Positions 1 through 8,213 of a DNA stretch of 9,320 nucleotides are shown here, piece after piece. The DNA is taken from the NCBI RefSeq assembly GCF_006345805.1, contig NW_021828304.1, positions 1 to 9,320 of the forward strand, in the 5' to 3' direction. The notes under the pieces are model-generated. The model was not told the DNA's origin and made no database searches. It saw only the letters and a list, made by a program, of their open reading frames with translations. The first letter of the stretch is position 1. Each line of letters opens with the position of its first letter. Origin of the DNA: Octopus sinensis. Its lineage: Eukaryota. Both the position numbers and the translations under genes were made by a program.

Positions 1-29
1 CACTGGTTACGGTCAAGCAACTGACAAGC

Positions 30-601
30 TTTATTATTATTAGTGAGTGAGAGAGCAGTGCATGCCATCAAAGTGACAATGGGGTAAAATATACGAAGCC
101 CAATATACCCATCATGACTACCCGTCTGATAAAGGTACACCAGGCACATGCATCACAACCAAGTGTGCGCAACATGGTGATCTTATATCAAGATAAACAG
201 CACATGACCTTGCAAGTGGGGCCCAGTTAGAATTTTCTTCTGGTCGAGTAGCCCGTCCCGCTCAAAAGGTCCCTAAATAAGGGTTGTTTAAGGATGTTGA
301 ACGAAACGCCCATATTTCCAGAGGTGAATTATTCATCCCCCCCCCAATCCCTCTCAACACATGGCTATGTTGCTCCCCCACTACTTCTGCTCGTGATCAG
401 AAATGCACATATCGTCAGCCACTAAGGGACATGCTCAACTGGTTAAGGTCAAACAACTGACAAGCAAATCTGTGGTATTGAGCAGAATATTTGCTGTAGC
501 CCATCTTTTATACCAAGACAAAACAATGTACATGATAACACTTCCAAGCAGTTAAGATCAGAAGTCACGGGAGTCACTACCTGGTACTGCATCAGAGTAT
601 T
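30..601. mobile_element. Probable interspersed repeat (LINE 3' end or non-autonomous retroelement) bounded by (TTA)n tracts
   Basis: About 570 bp of complex non-coding sequence with (TTA)n at 30-41 and (CTT)n(ATT)n at 600-650. Its internal segment ggttaaggtcaaacaactgacaagc (441-465) recurs at 5-29 (23/25 identical), implying a second truncated copy just upstream. Resemblance to an abundant Octopus repeat is from memory only. Family and orientation are not determined. Confidence 0.5.
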
Positions 602-650
602 CTTCTTCTTCCTCCTCTTCTTCTTCTTCTTATTATTATTATTATTATTA
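600..650. repeat. Compound microsatellite (CTT)n-(ATT)n
   Basis: Read directly from the sequence. Confidence 0.95.
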
Positions 651-669
651 ATTGTTCCCACTATGCTGT

Positions 670-672
<3 letters not shown>

Positions 673-729
<57 letters not shown>
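673..729. repeat. (AT)n microsatellite, about 28 units
   Basis: Perfect AT alternation. Confidence 0.98.
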
Positions 730-730
<1 letters not shown>

Positions 731-840
731 TGCTCGTATCTGTAGGCGTGTATAAACAGTAAAGCTTGTCACTTCTAATCGTGTGTTCTTCAAATTTTTA
801 AATTAATATTTACTCTTTGTCGACATTTTACAAATATAAT

Positions 841-1289
841 GTTCTGAAGTTAGGTTCCATGTTCTAAAATCTCGTTTTACATCTTAAAATCTCGCAAAAG
901 TTCTGAAATCTCATTTCATGTAAGAAAACTCATTTAACGTTCCGAAATCTCGTCTCAGGTTCTCAAATCGCGTCTCACATTCTTAAATCTTGATTTACTT
1001 TTGAAATCTCGTGTTACAACCTCATTTCTCGTCAAACATTAGCAAATCACTTCTCTGGTTCTAAAATTTGTTCTCAAATCTTGAATCACGTTTAGAAATA
1101 TCGTCTAATGCTCTTAAATCTCTTCTCGCGTTCAGAAATATCGTTCAGATTTCACAAACCTTGTCTCTCATTTTGAAAGCTCGTCCCGCGTTGTGAAACC
1201 ACTTCTCGTAATGTGAAATCAATTCTCATCTACTGAATTATCGTCTAAGTTTCACAAATCTAGTCTCAGCTTCTGAAATCACGTGTCAA
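841..1289. repeat. Degenerate 20-bp tandem array, about 23 units, consensus roughly GTTCTGAAATCTCGTCTCAN
   Basis: Manual alignment gives units such as gttctaaaatctcgttttac (861), gttccgaaatctcgtctcag (939), gttctcaaatcgcgtctcac (959), gtttagaaatatcgtctaat (1090) and cttctgaaatcacgtgtcaa (1270). Eleven consecutive units from 1070 to 1289 are exactly 20 bp long. Confidence 0.9.
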
Positions 1290-1726
1290 GCAAAAAGTGA
1301 AATTCGACAGATGATACCACGTTAATTACTAGTATCAGTTAAAAATCACAACTTTCCCGCCCCTTCCTCTGCCGTTCTACGGAGTCTTCTAACTTTTCCT
1401 CTTCAGACATATTTCTACACCGACATAGCCTAGCAATTATTCTCTCAAACAAACCGCCATTGATAGACTCATTACGTTTATAGTCACGCTCGTCTTTTAC
1501 AGTCACGTATTTTCCATGTCTTTCAATCGTTGCCTTATAACTTAATCCGTTTACGACAATAATCCTTTTTATCAAGTTTATAATCAAATCCCGTTTATAG
1601 TCACAAGAAAAAAAGTAAATAAAAATAATTAAAGCAAGAAGGAAAGAAAGAAGGGCAAAAGAAAATGTACAACTGATGATGTGACTATATCCGAAGCCCC
1701 TTCTTTTTCTTCTTATTAGTTATTAA

Positions 1727-1788
1727 TACTACTACTACTACTACTACTACTGCTGCTGCTACTACTACTGCCACTACTACTACTACTG

Positions 1789-1826
<38 letters not shown>

Positions 1827-1952
1827 GCTGCCACTACTACTATTATTGCCACTACTACTACTGCTACTACTGCCACTACTACTACTGCCACCACTACTAC
1901 TACTACCATTACTACTACTGCTACCATTACTACTGCTACTACTACTGCTACT
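1727..1952. repeat. (ACT)n microsatellite interrupted by GCT/GCC/ACC/ATT variants
   Basis: Read directly from the sequence. It explains the poly-Val ORF at 1685..1927. Confidence 0.95.
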
Positions 1953-2289
1953 GTTGTGGATGTCGCATTGATGTTGCTTTATTATTGTTTTTTAATAAAA
2001 GAAACCATCACCAAACAATAATAATAACAATTATTATTATTGTTATTATTATTATCTGTATTAGGTTGCTGCCATATTGTTTTCTTTTTGGTTATCTTTT
2101 GATTTGCATCGGTTTCTGTCTCTTTAGTCTGGACACAATGATCGAAGATGAAGAAAACCAGACAACAACAACAGCAACAACAACAACGCTAAACATGTCA
2201 CGCTTTGTCGTAGAATCTTCAGGAATGACCCGAAGATTATAGAGAATGGTTACAGCTAAGACAAAGACTTTGTCTTGGCGTAGGCGATA

Positions 2290-2642
2290 GTGGTGGGGGG
2301 TAATCGGTTTGGTAGTGGTGACGGTGGTGGTGGAATTGCGGTGGGGGTGGTGGAATTGGGGTGGTTGTGGGGGTAGTCGATTTGGTGGTGGTGGTGGGGT
2401 ATCGATTTATGGTGGTGGTGGAATCGGGGTGGTGGTGGGGGTAGTCGATTTGGTGGTGGTGGTGGAATTAGGGTGGTGGTGGGGGTAGTCGATTTGGTGG
2501 TGGTGTGGTGGTGGTGGTAGCGGTGGAATTGGTGGTGATAGTAGTGGTGGTAGTGCTGAAGGTGTTGGTGGTGACGTTGCGGTGGTGGTGTTGGTAGTGA
2601 GGGTGGTGCCTTGTTGTTGCTGATTTTGGTAGTGGTTGTTGG

Positions 2643-2673
<31 letters not shown>

Positions 2674-2676
2674 AGT
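2290..2676. repeat. G-rich (GGT)n low-complexity tract containing a ~44-bp minisatellite
   Basis: The motif GTA(G/A/-)TCG(A/G)TTT occurs at about 2300, 2373, 2399, 2441 and 2485, with 44 bp between 2441 and 2485. It is embedded in GGT runs with several GGGG-GGGGGG tracts. Confidence 0.85.
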
Positions 2677-2779
2677 GCTCTCCCTGGGGCGGCACTGCTG
2701 TAGTGAGGTGTCACTTTAATAATACGAGCATATGTGCAGCGCGACCCGTGTGTGCCACTGCGTGTGCGCACTTAATTGC

Positions 2780-3354
2780 GTGTGTGCGTGTGTTTGTATA
2801 TGTGTTTATGAATGTGTGTGCATACATGCGTGTGTGTGTGTGTGTATGTGTGTGTGCCTGTGAGTGTATGAGTGTGCTAATGTAAGTGTGAGTGTTTGTT
2901 TCCGCGTGTAAGGGCATGAATGCACTTCTCTGTGTGGTGTGTGTGCTTCGATGCGTGTATGTGCGTCTGTTCCTCTATATGTTGGTATGTGTATATTTGT
3001 CTATTTCGTTCTGTGTGTGTGTGTGTGTGTGTATGAATAAGTGTGTGCATATACATATATGTTTGTGTGTGTATGTGCATCTCTTTCTCTGTATATGGGA
3101 TACGTGTGTATTTATCTGTGTGTGCATTTGTGTGTGTGTATGTGTGCGTATCTGCTTCAATTAGTATGTGCGTGTCTACGAGGGTGTATCTGTTGCTCTC
3201 TGTATGAGTCTGCGCGTGATTGTGTGTGTGTGTGTACGTGAGTGTGAGTTGGTTCCTTTGCTGTATGAGTACACATCGGCGTATCTGTTTCGATGTCTAT
3301 CTGTGTATGTATACATGTGTGTACATTGTGTATGTGTGTGTGTCTGTGTGTGCG

Positions 3355-3390
<36 letters not shown>
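2780..3390. repeat. Degenerate (TG)n/(TA)n low-complexity tract
   Basis: TG-dominated purine/pyrimidine alternation. It explains the CVCV/HTHT ORFs. Confidence 0.9.
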
Positions 3391-3391
<1 letters not shown>

Positions 3392-3505
3392 GTATTTTGT
3401 GGCTGATTCTTCTCGCAGACGTTTGATGTCAACCGTATTGTGTGCTGGAACCCTTTCATGACACGTGACTGTTAGACATCGATGAATAGGAGTGGGGAGT
3501 GACAG

Positions 3506-3530
3506 GAGAGAGAGAGAGAGAGAGAGAGGA
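3506..3530. repeat. (GA)n microsatellite within a purine-rich tract
   Basis: Read directly from the sequence. Confidence 0.9.
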
Positions 3531-3644
3531 GGAGTGTGAGAGGAAAGGGAGGAGACAAATGAATCGTGGTATTATCGATCCATGACAAAAATTGTAGAGT
3601 TTTCAAGTTAACGGACATTTTTTTTTTCAAACGGAAGACAGTGA

Positions 3645-3815
3645 CAGTCATGACAACGATGATGATGATTACTGAGATGATCGCGGTGGAGATGATGATG
3701 ATGATGATGATGAAGACGAAGACGATAATAATGATGATAACGATGCTGATGATGATGATGTTGTGAATGATCCAAACGATAGTCGTCAAAGACAAAGACG
3801 ACGACATCGATGACG
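3645..3815. repeat. Degenerate (GAT)n/(GAC)n trinucleotide tract
   Basis: Read directly from the sequence. The Asp-rich frame contains an internal TGA. Confidence 0.85.
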
Positions 3816-3974
3816 AAAAGTGTAATAACTAAATTTTAGTTTCTAACGTCAAGAGAGCACCGTGCCTCTGAAGAAACAGACTTCACGATCACGAGAAGAG
3901 GATTCCCATTGTCTGGGCGGAAACCAATTGCCATTATGAGGTTTTACAACATCGAATTTACGATTTACGTAATA

Positions 3975-5022
3975 TGTATATACATACAAACATACATACA
4001 TGCACGCATGCATATACACACACACACACACACATGCACACACACACACACATGCATGCATATATACACACACACACACATGCATGCATATATACACACC
4101 ACACACACATGCATATATACACACACACACATGCATATATACACACACACACACGCATGCATGCATATACACACACACACACATGCATGCATATACACAC
4201 ACACACATGCATGCATATACACACACACACACACATGCATGCATATACACACACATGCATGCATATACACACACACACATGCATATACACACACACCATT
4301 ATATAACACACACACATATACACACCCACACATATATACACACACACACATATATACACACACACACATATATACACACACACACACATATATACACACA
4401 CACTATAATACACACACACATATATACACACACAACACACACATGCATGCATATACACACACACACATGCATGCATATACACACACCACACACGCATGCA
4501 TATACACCACACACATGCATGCATATACACACACACACACATATTACACATATATATATACCACACACACATGCATATATACACACACCCACACGCATGC
4601 ATGCATATACACACACACACATGCATGCATATACACACACACACATGCATGCATATACACACACACACACATGCATGCATATACCACCCATGCATGGCAT
4701 ACACAACACAAACACATGCATACCACCCCACATATATTACACACACACACATATACACACACCACATATATACACACACACACACATATATACACACACA
4801 CATATATATACACACACACATATATATACACACACACACACATATACACACCCACACATATATACACACACACACATATATACACACACACACATATATA
4901 CACACACACACACATATATACACACACACTATAATACACACACACATATATACACACACAACACATATATTACACACACACACCATATACACCACACACA
5001 TATATACCACACACACATATAT

Positions 5023-5059
<37 letters not shown>
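3975..5059. repeat. ~1.1-kb compound (CA)n/(TA)n minisatellite with (CA)n-TGCATGCATATA and (CA)n-TATATA units
   Basis: Read directly from the sequence. It explains all ORFs from 3849 to 5155. Confidence 0.97.
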
Positions 5060-5102
5060 AGTATGTGTGTGACAGGTATCTTCAGCTGCAGGCCTTGCTG
5101 CT

Positions 5103-5143
5103 CCAGACTGATGACGAGAAAGGACTCAGAAACTAGTCTCTGG
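5103..5143 (+). ncRNA. Minimal type I hammerhead ribozyme motif (Penelope/retrozyme type)
   Basis: Stem I is CCAGA (5103-5107) with TCTGG (5139-5143). The core is CTGATGA (5108-5114) and GAAA (5129-5132). Stem II is GAG (5116-5118) with CTC (5125-5127), with a C-A mismatch at the closing position. Helix III is the palindrome ACTAGT (5132-5137), followed by the GUC cleavage triplet (5136-5138). Confidence 0.78.
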
Positions 5144-5409
5144 CTGCAGGCCTAGCTGTTGGGGGTGCTTGTCTCCCCCTTGTAAACATAAGGACACAGG
5201 GAATGTGTCAAGGCCGACAGGAAGCGTTGATGCTTCCTAGGGCTAAATAGCGGTGGTGTGATTCCCTTTATGGGACTGTCACGTTAAGTTGACAGTATAC
5301 AACTACTCTATCGTTCCACCACTGCTTATATCTCTCTGAGATATTTAGAAATTTTAAATTTCTAATATATATATACATATTCACATGTATACGCATATGT
5401 ATGCGTCTG

Positions 5410-5438
5410 GTGTGTGAGTGTGTGTGTGTGTGTGTGTA

Positions 5439-5471
<33 letters not shown>

Positions 5472-5505
5472 GAGTGTGTTTGTGCGTTTGTGTGTGAGTG
5501 AGTGA
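5410..5505. repeat. (TG)n-rich microsatellite
   Basis: Read directly from the sequence. Confidence 0.9.
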
Positions 5506-5773
5506 GAGAGAGTTTATTCAGATGATATCACTTACAATACTAGGTCTGTTTCTTTCATATTTCAAAATCATCAGAGCGGTATCATCTGATTAAGCAAGTA
5601 TCTCCACTCTGCTGTGTGTATTTTTGAGTACTATACATTACATTCTTTGTCTCCTGGATTTTAAAATGAGTATCTGCAGAAACACGTTCACATGCACACA
5701 CATATGGACAACACACACACATCCATCTATGTATGTACTATTATACACACACACACTTTTGTATGAATATATA

Positions 5774-6000
5774 CAGTACCGCGCAAAAGTCTTCGGCCAC
5801 TTTAAACTATTCTAAATTTCTGCTAATTACCAACTTATAAGAGAATGTTTCGCATTGCGTTTTTTACAGATGAGACATTGGCTCTCTTAGAGTCAATTCC
5901 ATACCTAATCATTATATTTTGTAGCAGGGGTTTTGAATGCAAGGGAAGCATGTGAGACGACCCCCACTCCAAATAGCCGTGTAAAAGTTTTCAACCACCT
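5774..6000. repeat. Tc1 IR/DR terminal inverted repeat (3' end of element) with outer and inner transposase-binding direct repeats
   Basis: Outer ccgcgcaaaagtcttcggccactt (5779-5802) versus inner ccgtgtaaaagttttcaaccacct (5977-6000) is 18/24 identical. All six differences are transitions, and the copies are 198 bp apart. Confidence 0.75.
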
Positions 6001-6099
6001 CACATAAACCAATCGAGATACAGTGTTTTAAAACAGAAAAAAATGTCTATAATGAAAATTTATTACATAATGTTCATTTCAAGAAGTGACTGTACATTG

Positions 6100-6596
6100 T
6101 TAATATTTTGTGTAACTTCTCTTAGCTTCAATAATTGCTTCAATGCGCCTGGGAAGAGATGCGTATAAATCTTCACAGGTATGAGATGTCATTCTCTGTG
6201 GCTGAACTCCCACAACCCTTCAAGATTGCGTGGATTCTTCTGACGAACTTCTCTCTTTAGTTCTGTCCATATTTGCTCGGTGACATATAAGTCAGGGGCT
6301 CTGATCCGGCCAATCTTTCAATACGGTGACACCTTCATCAGCCAAAATCTATGACACGGAGCTCCATCATGCTGAAACATCTCACCTTCATCCAAGTCTG
6401 CTATCAAATTGTCCTTCAGCAACTGGATGTGTTTGGCACTGTTCAAGTTACCGTCAATTTTAACCAACTTTCTTGAACCATCACTTTTCATGTATCCCCA
6501 GAGCATCAGACTCTTACCCAAAAACTTTACTGTTTTCGTCGTGCAACGTGGGTCGTTTCGTTTTCTAATAAGCAAGAATTTGTCAGAAGGCCTTAA
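6100..6596 (-). pseudogene. Tc1-like DDE transposase, C-terminal remnant with frameshifts
   Basis: The joined translation reads ...DPRCTTKTVKFLGKSLMLWG...KLVKIDGNLNSAKHIQLL...FQHDGAPCHR /fs/ LADEGVTVLKDWPDQSP /fs/ DLYVTEQIWTELKREV...LWE /fs/ ...TCEDLYASLPRRIEAIIEAKRSYTKY*. This matches the Tc1 motifs TVKHGGGS.MVWG, FQQDNAP.H, WPSQSPDLNPIE and MPRRI.AVI.AKG..TKY. The second D is at 6366-6368, E at 6276-6278 and the stop at 6100-6102. The first catalytic D and the HTH domain are missing. Confidence 0.93.
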
Positions 6597-7819
6597 GGCG
6601 TGCGTGCATGCGCGCGCTTCGTGTGACAAGTCAGTTATAACGTAATTATTAGTGAATAATTAAAGCAATAATTCTAATGCCACTAATTTTCTGATGTACT
6701 CTTGATAACCAAATAAAACCTTCCACCCAGATCCATTGAAATAAAAAACCGTAACCAAGTTGAACAGGATATGAAGCAACAACACAAACAATAAACCCAG
6801 AAGCAGTCCCACGTTACACAAGAGAAAACCCCCTAGGCTTGTGGGACCACGAATAGGAATATAACATATATGCTGAATGAAATACTTTGGGCGGAACCAA
6901 AATGGACAATGTATAAACATCTCCATACACATCACAAGAACTGCTTGAATCGAAACAGATATAGAAATCCCATCATCAGCTGCTACATTAAAAATAGAAT
7001 CAATGTGGTTTCGGCACCAAGCAATACCATTCAATTCAACGCTGTCTACAGCGGCTCCCGCGCCAATTTCATCGCTGCTCTGTTATTGTATGACATCCCA
7101 TATATGTGATAAGGGACAAAATAATGTCCACAATATATAGCATGCGTGTCATTCCGGAACAAGAACGACATAAAAAGCTGAATTTATAGAAGCTGCCAGG
7201 AACCCAACAGGATGCTAACAAAAACATTTTGATAATTGAAATTAAATGACAAACAAACGTTATAATTACGGTTAATTAACAGAATTAAAATAATAGAAAT
7301 AATCTAGCGCTTACTAAACTTACGATTAATAATTACGACGACGGAATTAGATACAACGAGAAAGGATATTACACGTGTTAATTAAACTACAAACCAATTA
7401 AATTGTAATTAGCATCAAGAAAATCACGAACGATAATTACACCGAAGAGCTACCATACGTGTTGCATTAACAGTCTTGACTTGCGCAATAAACGCACATA
7501 ATTTATTTGGAATCCAAAAAGATTTAAACCTGAATCATAGAACCATAAAAGAAGTTAAAAGGTTAAACGAATATTGAACTAATCATTGCTTAACGAAATT
7601 AAGTAAGAGTAAGAAACAAACATAGATTGTTGTACAGGAAACTTTCGTATTCACAACGGCTACGACGACGAAAATAGATAAAAGGAAGAGAACGCTACGC
7701 TAGCAAGAGTTCAATAATAAATTGAACTAAATTACAGGAAGTAATGACGAAAACGAATAGAGCATGTATAAGGAATGAGAGTGCTCAATACCATATGTAG
7801 AGCTTAATTGGTTATATGC

Positions 7820-7823
<4 letters not shown>

Positions 7824-7901
<78 letters not shown>
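7824..7901. repeat. (AT)n microsatellite, about 39 units
   Basis: Perfect alternation. Confidence 0.98.
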
Positions 7902-7908
<7 letters not shown>

Positions 7909-7937
7909 CATATACAGTTCTATATGTAACTCCCTAC

Positions 7938-8012
7938 GGGCATATGGCGTAGTGGTTAAGAGTGCGGGCTACTAACACCAAGAGTCCGAGTTCGATTCCA
8001 AGCAGTGAACTG
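7938..8012 (+). mobile_element. tRNA-derived SINE head (Pol III A and B boxes)
   Basis: The A box TGGCGTAGTGG (7945-7955) falls at tRNA position 8 and the B box GTTCGATTCC (7990-7999) at position 53, counting from G7938. The acceptor, D and T stems do not pair well, so this is not a functional tRNA. It is followed by (AAT)n. Confidence 0.8.
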
Positions 8013-8164
8013 AATAATAATGAAAATAATGATGATAACAACAACAACAATAATAATCTGAGTGAGACTTGGAGCCAACTTGTACAAACATAAAGCAAAA
8101 GTCAAACATATAATAATAATAATAATGATAATAATAGTAATAATAATAATAATAATAACAACAA
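8013..8164. repeat. (AAT)n/(AAC)n tract split by a ~54-bp unique segment (8057-8110)
   Basis: Read directly from the sequence. Confidence 0.85.
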
Positions 8165-8213
8165 CATCGAAAAATACCTTAGGAATGAGAACCCAGGTTC
8201 GAACTTTCCCCAA

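Larger units (their letters stand above)
5774..6596 (-). mobile_element. 5'-truncated Tc1-family (IR/DR-type) DNA transposon
   Basis: TA (5772-5773) is followed by the Tc1-like terminus CAGTACCGCGCAAAAGTCTTCGGCCAC. An inner direct repeat lies at 5977-6000, a minus-strand AATAAA at 6059-6064, and a transposase remnant at 6100-6596. I found no matching opposite TIR in the window. Confidence 0.9.

Noticed and set aside
841-1289. CRISPR array or protein tandem repeat
   Set aside because: There are no unique spacers and the context is eukaryotic. The 20-bp unit is not a codon multiple and no ORF spans it.
1339-1587. 82-aa minus ORF, plus a 13-bp direct repeat cgtttatagtcac (1475, 1592)
   Set aside because: No recognisable motif, a non-ATG start and no clear splice context. 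It cannot be supported without a database search.
1685-1927. Poly-Val ORF
   Set aside because: It is the antisense reading of the (ACT)n microsatellite.
2128-2242. Possible terminal exon after the pyrimidine-rich acceptor ending at AG 2126-2127
   Set aside because: The peptide is short, low-complexity and unrecognised, and no partner exons were found.
2256-2771. Pro/His/Thr-rich 171-aa ORF
   Set aside because: It is the antisense of the (GGT)n tract; the composition switches follow repeat phase shifts.
3645-3815. Asp-rich acidic reading frame
   Set aside because: It contains in-frame TGA stops and is explained by (GAT)n.
3854-3968. Possible 115-nt internal exon (AG...GTAATA) with an open frame
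   Set aside because: Weak polypyrimidine tract and no recognisable peptide.
3849-5155. Long ORFs of 110-378 aa (HTHT/CVCV/YIHT)
   Set aside because: They are translations of CA/TA repeats that are open in most frames on both strands, with no domain signal.
5518-5589. 10-bp inverted repeat tcagatgata/tatcatctga, plus a minus-strand CTGATGA...GAAA
   Set aside because: Too short to define a MITE, and the hammerhead-like core lacks helices.
6315-6342. Minus-strand CTGATGA...GAAA hammerhead-like core
   Set aside because: It lies in transposase codons (ADE...LKD) and has no stem II, stem I or NUH site.
7485-7500. Possible second Tc1 TIR (gacttgcgc)
   Set aside because: Only a few bases match the reverse complement of 5774-5800, and there is no terminal ACTG-TA.
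7938-8012. Functional tRNA gene (loosely tRNA-Glu-like)
   Set aside because: The acceptor, D, anticodon and T stems do not pair. It is treated as a SINE head, and the parent tRNA is uncertain.
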